Program-made: the position numbers and the translations under genes
Shown here: piece by piece, positions 50,420 through 61,800 of the stretch
Numbering within the stretch: position 1 is the first letter of the stretch
Layout: every line of letters starts with the position of its first letter
Assembly: GCA_013265495.1 (NCBI GenBank)
Contig: MU057959.1
Location: forward strand, 75,202 to 139,201
From: Vicugna vicugna
Lineage: Eukaryota
DNA length: 64,000 nucleotides
Reading direction: 5' to 3'
The notes under the pieces: model-generated
What the model was told of the DNA's origin: nothing
Database searches by the model: none
The model's input: only the letters and a program-made list of their open reading frames with translations

Positions 50420-50455
50420 GTATCCATCTGTGTCCTGACCCATAATCAACCAGTG

Positions 50456-50651
50456 TGTTTTTTTTTAATTCTTTTATTTTATTTTTTTAACATTTTTATT
50501 GATTTATAATCATTTTACAATGTTGTGTCAAATTCCAGTGTTCAGCACAATTTTTCAGTCATTCATTGTCACATGTTTTTCTCTGTGATTTATCCTAACA
50601 TTTTGTGTATATTTCCCTGTGCTATACAGTGTAATCTTGTTTATCTATCCT
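50456..50651 (-). mobile_element. Young 5'-truncated L1 3' end in the proximal promoter of copy C
   Basis: TSD aaccagtg at 50448-50455 and 50652-50659; empty site in copy B at ~33387-33400. Confidence 0.9.
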
Positions 50652-52660
50652 AACCAGTGGTTGTTAATCTAAGAGCTTGGTTACGTTAACATCTTTTTAG
50701 GATGTCCTGCTTGAGAGGGAGGAGCTTTTTTGTCCATCAGTTGTTTTCATTTGAGATTAGTTTTAAGAGAAGCTTAAGTTGGTCTGGACACTTGACCTTT
50801 AGGGTAAGTGAGAAATCACATTACATTTGAGGTCGTTCAAGGACAGTGGTATTTATTTTCTTTTATATCCTGAGTTACAGAATGAGGTAAGTCCAAGATA
50901 CCTGTCCCCAAATTGGGTGTTCTTTCTTTAATGTTGCGGAGATATGTTTAAAGTTATCTTCTCAAACTAAACCCGGTACTGTTTGGTATAGCAAGATTAT
51001 AGTGGTTTCCTTATAAGACCTTGGAAAAGTCTTCAATCCTCCCTGAGGGGAGAAACAGATCACCACAAACAAGGATCTACCACACCCTCCCCAGAACAGG
51101 AACTGTCATCCTTCTCAGTAAGATAACCTTCCATGCAGATGCCCAACAACCTCTTGTGAAGAAGGCACACCAGCAGTTTATTGTCATTGCTGTATTTCCC
51201 AGACACCTTTGTTACAATCTGATCCTCTACATATTGTTTCCTCATTGACTCAGTTCCTTCTCCAGGCAAGGAAGAAAGTTTGATGGTAGTTCCTCCAGTT
51301 TTTAGAAGTTAGAAAGGAGAAAGCAAATTTCCTATTTTTGTACCTCTGGTTATTTTCCAAGACACAGAATCAGCCAAAGAACCTTTTGTTTGTCTTGTCT
51401 TCCTGCAGTTTTTTTTTTCATGTTCATTTTCTTTTCTAGGAATTTGTCAGATAAATTGTGTAAGATATCTTTTGTTCTGACTCTAGAAATGGTACTTGGA
51501 TGATGTCCCACTGATCTGAGTGAGATCACCCAGAGTCCCGACTCAGCCCCAGCTGCTCCCAGGATACACATAACCTCAGCATCTGTGTCCTTGGTGTGTG
51601 ACCTTTGAGGAGCATGTGGTAGAAAGTGGTTTTCAGCCTCCATCTTCTGTCTGCTGTTTGTCTTCATACACACAGGGACCTACTCCTTTTATTGACTGTT
51701 GTCTTTTCTCTTTTGTTTTGGTCCCAATACCAGGTTTTCTCTTTCTTTCACAGATTCCCCTGTATATTGTCCTATCTTATCTTTGACTGTAAAGACTATT
51801 GGAGGGAACGCTTTCATGTCTCAGAATGTCATGAAATTTGTTCTTGTACGTCCCTGATTGGGATAATTCTGTGCAGTGTCATGATCCCAGCTAACATGCC
51901 TCATCCATCTTTCTCACCCTCTGCAACCCTGCCTCTTTTACCCCAACATTGGCAGGTTTTTCTTCTGGAGTCCTACCGTCATGTGTTCCCTGGGAGTGTG
52001 TGCCAAGATGATCCCATCTTAGAAAAGCTTTGTAACTGCCAATCAAGGGGAAATTAAACAGCAGTTACTCTAAGAGTTTATTATAGCAGCTTGTTCTTTA
52101 GATCCTGTTAATCCTGTTATTTTAGACCTACAAAATTCACATGACCTTTAATCTCAATTGCATTGCATTCATGTCAGTCACAATGTGTTTTAACACTGTG
52201 ACAAACAATAACAGAACCATCCTACACAGCCATGAAATTTTTCATCCCCAGATATTGCTGACCCATCGTGTGAAGATGTTCCTGGTCTTTCCTTCTCAGA
52301 TTTGTCCAGGTTTCTGTCATCTCTATCCACTATCCCAGTTTTTCAACTAAACTTGTTTCTTATTTTTCTGTTCTCTGTGATCATTGTTTTTACATCTTAG
52401 ATTCCACAATTCATCTCTAAATAGTGCAAGGAAGCTTTTGGGCCTGGCCGCCAGACACACCTGGTTCCCTCGAGGATTCTTGACCATGTTTCCAATGTAC
52501 TTAGTATCTGAGCTGAGGTAATTCAGCACGTGCCCCATTATTGAGATGTGATCCTAGTGAAAATCTCTCCCTCAGTGTCTCCCAAATGGGGCCAGGCTCA
52601 GAGGTCCCCAGAGTGTTTTATTGATGATGCTGGTTCTGATGGAGGATGTTCTGCAGGAAC

Positions 52661-52813
52661 AGGTCATTTCTCCTGATCTCATAGCAGGCATCTCAGTAAA
52701 GGCTGTGGGTCTCTCAGTTTCGCATGGACCCCTGCTTTTCTACCTAGTGCCACAGGAAAGGTCATTGCTCCTGATCTCATAGCAGGCATCTCAGTAAAGG
52801 CTGTGGGTCTCTC
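52661..52813. repeat. 55-bp direct duplication (52661-52715 and 52759-52813, one mismatch)
   Basis: aggtcatt(t/g)ctcctgatctcatagcaggcatctcagtaaaggctgtgggtctctc occurs twice; single copy in the A and B flanks. Confidence 0.88.
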
Positions 52814-52939
52814 TTCCCAAAGCTTGGCCTGTGTCAAGATTTATTCAAGGCACTGATCCCCTCAGTACATTTCTCTTTTCCTGACCAGCAGCTGTGGTTT
52901 GACCAGATTTGGGAAGGCCTTCTAAAGCTGTTTGAGGGG

Positions 52940-53155
52940 CATTTGTTTTCAACCAGAGGCCACTGTGCCTCCCAGAAGAGACACTTGACACAAATGGTGA
53001 CATGTTTCATTATCCCAGTGAAACAGGGCTTGACCCTTTCCAGCTAGCGGGCAGAGATGAAGCATACATGTACACACCCGACAGTGTGCTGGACAGCCTC
53101 TCGTACCCAGAGTTACGCAGTCATGTCTCAGTTTCTCAGGAGGTTGAGAAGTGCC
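52940..53155 (+). mobile_element. MER20-like fossil, paralogue of 14137-14355
   Basis: gttttcaacc...gaggttgagaagtgccag; collinear with the copy A flank. Confidence 0.7.
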
Positions 53156-55829
53156 AGTTAATAAAAGTAAACAATGTGCTCTCACCCACAATACAGCCTC
53201 AGTCCTTGTGATGAACTGCACACCCCAGATGATTTGCTTCTTTTCCTAATGTTTCTGGGAGGGAAGTCTTCCTCTCTCCCACTCTGTTCCTAATACACTG
53301 GATTTGTGCTGACTCAGGTGAATTTCTTCTTACTTCTACCCGCAGTGTGGTTGCCAAACCCCCACACTCCCTAACATCTTTCTGTTTCACACTTCATGAG
53401 CATTTTTCCTTTTCATAAACATCCTTCTATCTACTAAAAAAATCACTTCCGCAATGTCATAGTCTTTGCTCTTTGGAATTAGCTGTATCCCCAGTGCTCA
53501 CAACTGGTGAATGAATGAGTCAGTGTGTGTCCCTGGGGTTTTCTGTTCCTGATGGGCACATGTGGGCAACCACACATGCAATAGGGAGATCTGGTGAAGA
53601 GAAATCCTGACGGACCAGATAACGAACTAGAGTCCAGAGCCATATGCAAGGATCATTCATTTACACTCAGTGTAGTATGGTTGAAGTACAAAGGATGCTT
53701 TTAATCATAGTTCCTTGTCCAATGCAGGAAGGCTCTAGAAAATAGGGTGGGACTGACTCACGTGTGTTTAAAAGGAACTCGATGTTGGCCAGCATCCCCC
53801 ACCCTAGGTGTTCTTGTACCTTAAATGTACGAAGAAAGGGAAACAAAGTCATGGTGGGTTCACTAACACGTGTTGGGGTGTTGAAAGGAGGAGGTTCCCA
53901 GCTTGAAACTGATTCACAGAGAATAGCGTCTCTGGTGTTAAATAATTACCCATGTTGTACATTTCAGCATAGCTTGAGGGACCTCAGTAGTCTGTCTCAG
54001 GAAAGGAGCACCAAATTTCCATTTAAAGTCAGGAGACTGGGAAACACTTTGAGGTGTTAGACAGCCTCAGCATAAAAGAGCTAAACACTAAATGTGAATG
54101 GCAGAGGCCACATCTATATCTGATCTCAAATTTTCTCAACTGAGTTTTTTTTAAGTCATTTCTTTTGAAAATTCTAAATACCCATCCGTTGTTGAAGAAA
54201 ATACACATTAAAAAAACAAAACAAAACAGACATACTCTATGTTGTTTTTATTTCTTTTGACAACTTATAGGCGTGCAAATAGTTTGAAGAGGACTAAATG
54301 TCATATCCCACAAATGTCAGAGAAGGCAGCTTCCAAGTGAAAAGGTCCCCATCGTCTCTTTCCTGAATTTACCTTTGACTTGATGCTTCTGTGTTGGGTT
54401 TGGTCATTTAGTGTCTGTTCATTGTTTCCATTTCACCATGTATGTGTATTTTACTAAATGATGGACACTTTGTTTCTGAGATGTATTTCCATCAGCCTGT
54501 CTGTGGCCATAGCCCTTGATGAAAATGTTCATTGTCAGTTAAATAGAATTTTTTTCCCCGTGCCTCCACCCTGCTCAAAATAATGAGTGAGGATTAGCTA
54601 AGGTTATCTTGGAATCAAAAGCTAACATGGAGAACAGTGGCTCCCAGACCAGTCTTTCTCAAGGTGTGTGTCTCTTTTTCACTCATTGAGAGAAAAGTCT
54701 CAGTCCTCTGTGAAGTGACGGGAATTTCCTCTTATTTTCTGGCAACTTAGGAGAATCTAAGTGGTATCAGCCAATATCCAAGAAACATTTATCCACATAT
54801 GCATTAAAAGCTCAGTGTGTTCTGTGAGTTAGCTAGTGTCCAGTGTTTTGTCTGGGTTCAGTTAATATGGATTTCGCACTTGTCATGTGTGAACCTCAAC
54901 CACATCTCAAAATTCATCAGGAACCAGACCGACTGGATTCAGGATTCAGTGAATTTATCTCCCTGTGAAACTGACAGAAGATAAGCATCTTGTCACTCTT
55001 GCCAAATATCTCACCTGTTTCTAAGTTCTAGGATGAAAAATAAAGCAAGGCAGGACCATGGAGTGTATCTAGGTCCTTTTGTGGAAGGAGACAGAATTTC
55101 CAGAATGAAGGGCTTCCAGTGAATCTCTGAAGAGAATTAGAAGAGTGAGTTGGGTGTTGATCTGGTACAGGAATGTGCCAGGAATAGAAAATAAAAAGGA
55201 ATGTCCTTTCCGTTGTTTTGTGAATATTCTAAAGGTGTGTGCACTTTGTAAGGCAGTTCCATGTATAGGGATTATGAAATATTTGAGACATACAAATATT
55301 GTTATCGGTCTGTTTACTGTCGTGTTGAAATATTTAGAAATTAATCTAGGTGTCTTATAGCTGGACACATTCATAATAGGAAATGGAAGAAATTAAATTC
55401 ACAAATTAGGTCTCTCTGAATCAACATATGAATAATTTCTAAAAACATAACCACCTGAAATGAACAAAAACATGCCTTTATGTTTTTACTCCTCTATAAT
55501 TATAAAACAAAGGCTGCTCTCTGATATATTAGTATGTTTTCACATTAATGAAAATGCATGATTTTGTAAAATGTAGACTTCATTGCAATCTCTTGAAAGT
55601 ACTTAATTCTATGTGGGCATTAAAGAGCAGGTTGTGATATGAAACATTTTAATATGAAATCACAGTTATGTGTCTCTGGAAGTCTTTGTCTGACTTTAGG
55701 TATTTCTTCTTTGAGTGTTTGATAGTTTTCACTAGTGAAATCTTATGGACCTGCAGTTTTATCCATGATTGTGCGATGGCACATTGAATTTCTTTGATAG
55801 ATACAAGACAATAAAAATTTTTGTTTTAG

Positions 55830-58800
55830 TATTGCAGATCTTTTTATTTACTCATTATTCAAAAATTACTTTGTATGTACTACATGCAAGTTATTGTCTC
55901 TAATTCATTTATCTATTTAATTGAAGTACAATTAATTAGAATCTGTCAATTTCTGGTGTACAGCACAATGTCCCAGTCATGCATATATGTACATACACAT
56001 ATTATATATATATATGTATATATATATATTCATTTTTTTCATTAAAGATTATTACAAGTTATTGAGCATAGTTCCCTGTGGTATACAAAAGAAATTTTTT
56101 TGAAAATCCATTTTTATATATAGCGGTTAATATTTCTAATATCGAAATTCCCAAATATATCCCCTACCAGCCCCTTTCCTGGGAACTATAAGATTGCTTA
56201 CTAAGTCTGAGGGTCTGTTTCCTTTTTGTAGATAACTTCATAGTGTATTTTTTTATTTTATATTTCACAAAGGAGTGATATTCTATGGTATTTTTCTTTC
56301 TCTTCCTGACTTACTTCACTTATAATGATAATTTCTAGGTTCATCCATGTGGCTGGAAATGGCATTATTTTATTCTTTTCTATTGCAGAACAGTATTCCA
56401 TTGTATGTATACACCACAATTTCTTTATCCAGTCATCTGTCAATGGACATTTAGGTTGTTTCCATATCATGGCTTTTGTAAATATTGTTGCTGTGAACAT
56501 TGGGATGCATGCATCTTTTTATATCATGATTCCCTCCAGATATATGCCCAAGTGTGGGATTGCTCATTTATATTGTAAGTCAATTTTTTAGTTTTTTGAG
56601 ATATCTCCATACTGTTTTCCATAGTGGCTGCACCAAACTGCATTCCCTTGAAAAGTGTCGGACGGTTCCCTTTTCTCTACACCCTCTCCAGCACTTATTA
56701 TTTGTGGAGTTTTGAATGATGGCCATTATGACTGGTGTGAGATGGTTCCTCATTGTGGTTTTGATTTACATTTCTCAGATAATTAGGGATATTGAGGATT
56801 TTTTCATATGTCTATTGGTCATTTCTATGTCTTCACTGGAGAAATGCTTGTTTATGTCATCTGCCCAATTTTGGATTTTTTTTGATATTAAAGTTGTATG
56901 AGCTGTTTATATATTTTGGAATTTAAGCCTTTGTCAGTTGTAGTATTTGGAGATATTTTCTCCCATTTCATAGGTGGTTGTTTTGTTTTGCTTATGGTGT
57001 CCTTTGCTGTGCAAGACCTGATGAGTTTATTTAGGTTCCATTTGTTTATTTTTGCTTTTATTTCCATTGCCTGGGTAGACAGCTGTAGGAGAGCATTGCT
57101 AAGATTTATGTCACAGAATATTTTGCCTATTTTTTCTGTAGATTTATTGTGTCTTGTCTTATATTAAGTCTTTAAATCATTTTCAGGGTTTTTTTTTTTT
57201 TTTTTTGGTATGGAGTGAAGGATTTCACAGAGAAGTTTTAACTTCATTGATTTACATGCACCTATCCAGTTTTCCCAGCACCACTTGCTGAAGAGACTGT
57301 CTTTAGTCCATTGTTTCCTTTGTCAGAGATTAAATCACCATAGGTCTATGGATTTATTTCTGGGCTCTCTATTCTGTTGTTTTGATCCATGTGTCTGTTT
57401 TTATGCCAATACCATGCTGTTTTGATTAGGATAGCTCTGTAATATTGTCTGAAGTATGCGAGGATTATCCCTCCAGCTTCATTCTTTTTCTTCCATATTG
57501 CTTTTGCAATTCTGGGTCTTTCATGATTTCATATTTATCTTAGAATCATTTGCTCTAATTCTGTAAAAACTGTGCTAGTTTATTTGATAGAGATAGCATT
57601 AAATCTGTCAGTTGCCTTGGGCAGTATCACCATTTTAACAATATTAATTCTTCCAATCCAAGAGCATGGGATAGTCTTCCATTTCTTTATGTCTTCTTTA
57701 ATTTCCTTACTCAATGTTTTGTAGTTCTCTCTATATAAGTCTTTCATTTCCTTGGTCAGATTTCTTCCAAAGTAGTTTATTGTTTTAGGTATAATTTTAA
57801 AGTGATTTTTTTTCCACTTTCTTTTCCTTTTGATTCATTATTATTGTAAAAATAAAATGAAACTTCTTTTTGTATGTTAATTCTGTACCCTGCTACCTTA
57901 CTGAATTCTTTTCTTAGCTCTCGTAGTTTTTGTGTGGAGCTTTTAGGGTTTTGTAAATATGGTATCATGTCATCTGCAAATGGTGAAAATTTCACCTCTA
58001 CTTTTCTGATTTGGATCTCTTTTATTTCTTTTTCTTGCCTGATTACTGTGGCTAGGACTCCCAAGACTGTGTTGAATAGAATTGGTGAGAGTGGGCAAAG
58101 TTGTCTTTTCCATGATTTTAGTGGGAAGGTTTTCAGTTCTTCACTATGAAGTATTATGCTGGCTGTAGGTTTGTCAAAATTAGCTTTTATTATGATGAGG
58201 TATGTTCCCCCATACCCAGTTTGGTAAGTGTTTTTATCATAAATTGGTGTTTAATTTTATCAAATGCTTTTTCTGCACCTATTGAGATGTTCATGTAATT
58301 TTTGTCCGTTCTTTTGTGGATGTGGTGTATCACATTGATTGATTTGTGTATTTTGAATTATCCTTGTTTTCCTAGGATGAATCCAACTTGATCATGGTGT
58401 ATGATCTTTTCTATGTCCTTTTGGATTCTGTTTGCAAATATTTTCTTAAGGTTGTTTGCATCTATGTTTATCAGTGATGTTGGCCTATAATCCTGTTCTT
58501 TGGTAATGTCTTTGTCCGGTTTTGGTATTAGGGTGATGGTAGCTTCGTTTGAGTTTCCTTCCTTTTCAATCATTTGGAAGAATCTGAGAAGGAGCAGTAT
58601 GATTTCTTTGTATGTTTGGTAGAATTCCTAAGTGAAGCCATATAGTCCTGGACTTTTGATTACAGGGAGGTTTTTATTGTTAATTCTATTTCATTTCTGG
58701 TGATCGGTTTGTTCAAGTAGTCAGTTTCTCCTTGATTCTCTCTTGGTGGACTGTATGTTGCAAGAAACTTGTCCATTTCTTCTAGGTTATCCATATAGTT

Positions 58801-61800
58801 GGTCACAGTATTATCTTAGGATATTTTGGATATCTGTGATATTGGCTGTAATGTCTATATTTTCCTTTCTTATTTTGTTAATTTGTGTTCTCTCTCTTTT
58901 CTTCTTGTTGAGCCTATCCAGAGGTTTGTCAATTTTGTTTACTCTTTTAAAAGACCAGCTCTTGGTTTGGTTGATTTCTTCTTTTGTTTTTTTTATCTCT
59001 ATTTATTTCCTCCCTGATCTTTATTCTTTCCTTCCTTCTTCTGATTTTTGGTTTTGGTTGCTCTTCTGTTTCTAAATCTTTTAGTATGATTGGTGAGGTT
59101 GTTTATTTGATATTGTTTTTGTTGTTGTTGTTTTGAGGAAAGCCTGTATCGCTGTGAACTTCCCTTTTAGGACTCCCTTTGCTGCATCCCATAGAGTTTG
59201 TGTGGTTGTGTTTTCATTTTCTTTTGTCTCAGGGAATGTTTTAATTCCCTCTTTGAGCTCATTTTTGACCCATTGGTTTTTTGCTAGCATATTGTTTAAT
59301 TTCCATGCTGTCTTTTTTTTTTCCTCATTTGTTCTTCTGTGGTTGATTTCTATATTCATGGCATCGTGCTGAGGAAAGAGTCTTGAAATCATTTCTATCC
59401 TTTTAAATTTCTCGTCACTTCTCCTGTGACTGAGTACATGATCTATCCTTAAAAATGTTCCATATGCAGTTGAAAAGAATGTATATTCTATTTTTGGATG
59501 ATATAATGTTCTGAAAATATTAACCAATTCTAATTGTTTTGTTGTATCATTTAGTTTCTCTGCTACCTTATTAATTTTCTTACTGGAATATCTTTGCAAT
59601 GATGTTAATGGGGTATTAAAATCTCCTAAAATGATTGTCTTCCCATCAATTTCTCCCTTTATATCTGTTAGTATTTCCTTTATGTTTAGGTGTGCCTATG
59701 TTGGGTGCATATATGTTAACAAGTGTAATATCCTTATCTTCTATTGCTCCTTTAATCATTATATAGTGTCCTTCTTTGTCTTTTTTATGGCCTTTTTAAA
59801 AAGTCTATTTTGTCTAATATCACTATTGCTATTCCTGCTTTCTTATTTCTATGTGCATTAAATATCTTTTTCCATCCTTTCACTTTCAATTTATGTATGT
59901 CATTCTTCCAAAAGTGGGTGTTTTGTATGCAGCATAGTGTAGGTTCTTGTTTTATTATCCAGTCTGCCACTCTGCGTTTTGATTGGAGCATTTAATCCAT
60001 TGACTTTTTCGATAATTATTGATAGATGTGTGTTTATTGCCATTTTTAACTTCGTTTTCCAGTTCATTTGGTATTTCCTCGTTGTTCCTTTCTTTTTCAT
60101 TTTGTTTTTGTGTTTTGATAATTTTCCTTTGTATTCTCTTTATTTCTCTGTGGTTTTTGTGACTCTATTGTAAGCTTTTGACTTGTGTTTAGCCTGTTTT
60201 TTAGGTATATTAACCGATTACTGTATATCTTTACTTTAAGCTGAGAGTCACATAGGCTCAACTGAATCCTTAAAAGGAAGAAAAACATCTGTATTTCCTT
60301 GCTCTTCTCTCTAATCCTTAATTATATTGATGTCCTCTTTTACATCTTCATGTTTATTCTGTGGTAACTCATTGTTATTGCCTTTCCAATTACAGTTTTC
60401 TCCTTTCTATAGCATCCTGCTTCTTTTCTATTTAGAATAGACCCTTCAGTATTTCTTTTAGCATAGTTTTAGTAATGCTGAATTATTTTAGTTTTTGCTA
60501 CTATGAAATTCTTCATCTTTCCTTCAATTCTAAAAGATAGGCTTGCTGGATAAAATATCCTAGGTTACAGCTTTTTCTCTTTCAGGAGTTGAATTATGTC
60601 TTACCACTGCCTTCTGGCCTGCATTGTTTGTATAGAGAAATTAGCTGAAAGCCTTATGGGGGTCTTGTTGTAACTAACTCTGTTTTTTTCTGGCTGTCTT
60701 TAGAAGCATTTCTTTCTCTTCAACCTTGGCCATCTTAAATATAATATGTCTTGGTGTCGATCTATATATCTTCTTGTTTGGGACACTGTGCTTCCTGTAC
60801 TTGGATATCTGTTTCTCTGTTAGGTTAGGGAAATTTTCAGTCATGATTTCTTCAAATACCTTTTCAATCCCCCTGGCTGCTGCTTCTCCTTCTGGGACCC
60901 CTATTATGCATAGGTTGAAATGCTATATATTGTCCCATAGGTCCCTTATATTGCTTTCATTGATTTTTATTTGCTGTTCTGTCTACTGTTCTGATTGGCT
61001 GAGTTGTATTATCCCGTCTTCTAAGTCACTTATTCATTCCTCTGCATTGTCTAGTCTGCTTTTGACAGCCTTTAGCTTGGCTCTTATCTCAGCCATTGAG
61101 TTTTCTGTTTTTAATTGGCTCTGCTTTATAGTTTCAATTTTCGTATTGATGCATTCTCTGTTTCTATTCACAGTCTGTCTTAGTTTCTTCACTACTTTAA
61201 TCACTCCCTTTATGAAATCATGATCTAGTAGTCTGTCTAGTCTATTTCATTAATCATTCTTTCAGGGTCTTTGTCTCATTCTTTTAATTAGCAGTGGTTC
61301 CTGTGCTTCTTCATTTTAACTTATATCTCTCTGGCACTATGAATTATGTTGTATCAACTATTTATTATGGTGTAAAGGGATTTATTTACTTATTTATTTT
61401 TTTAAAGAGAATGTGGAAATAAAACTAAAATAAAAACACCGAAAAAACCAAAATACAAACAAAACAGCAAGAAAACCAACAAGAAAAAGGTTTTAAAAAT
61501 TAGAAATATTCTTGTTTAAAAAGAGGGAAAATTTGAGGAGTCTCCGTACTGTTTTCCACACTGGGTGCACCAAACTGCATTCCCACCAGCAGTGTAGGAG
61601 GGTTCCCTTTCCTCCATTATGAACAGTTTTTTAACAGGCTAGAGTGGCAGCATATTTTTATGCCGTGTGGACATCTCCCTTACACAAATGATGTAAGGGT
61701 TCCCCTTTCTCCACAGCCTCTCCAGCATTTGTCATTTGTGGGTTTTTGAATGATGGCCATTCTGACTGATGTGAGGTAATACCTCACTGTAGTTTTGATT

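Noticed and set aside
50006..50449. 147-aa track ORF as a single-exon gene
   Set aside because: Only MKILF...APSE (50329-50249) is exon 1 of copy C; the rest is read-through of promoter/UTR and the CA-repeat intron.
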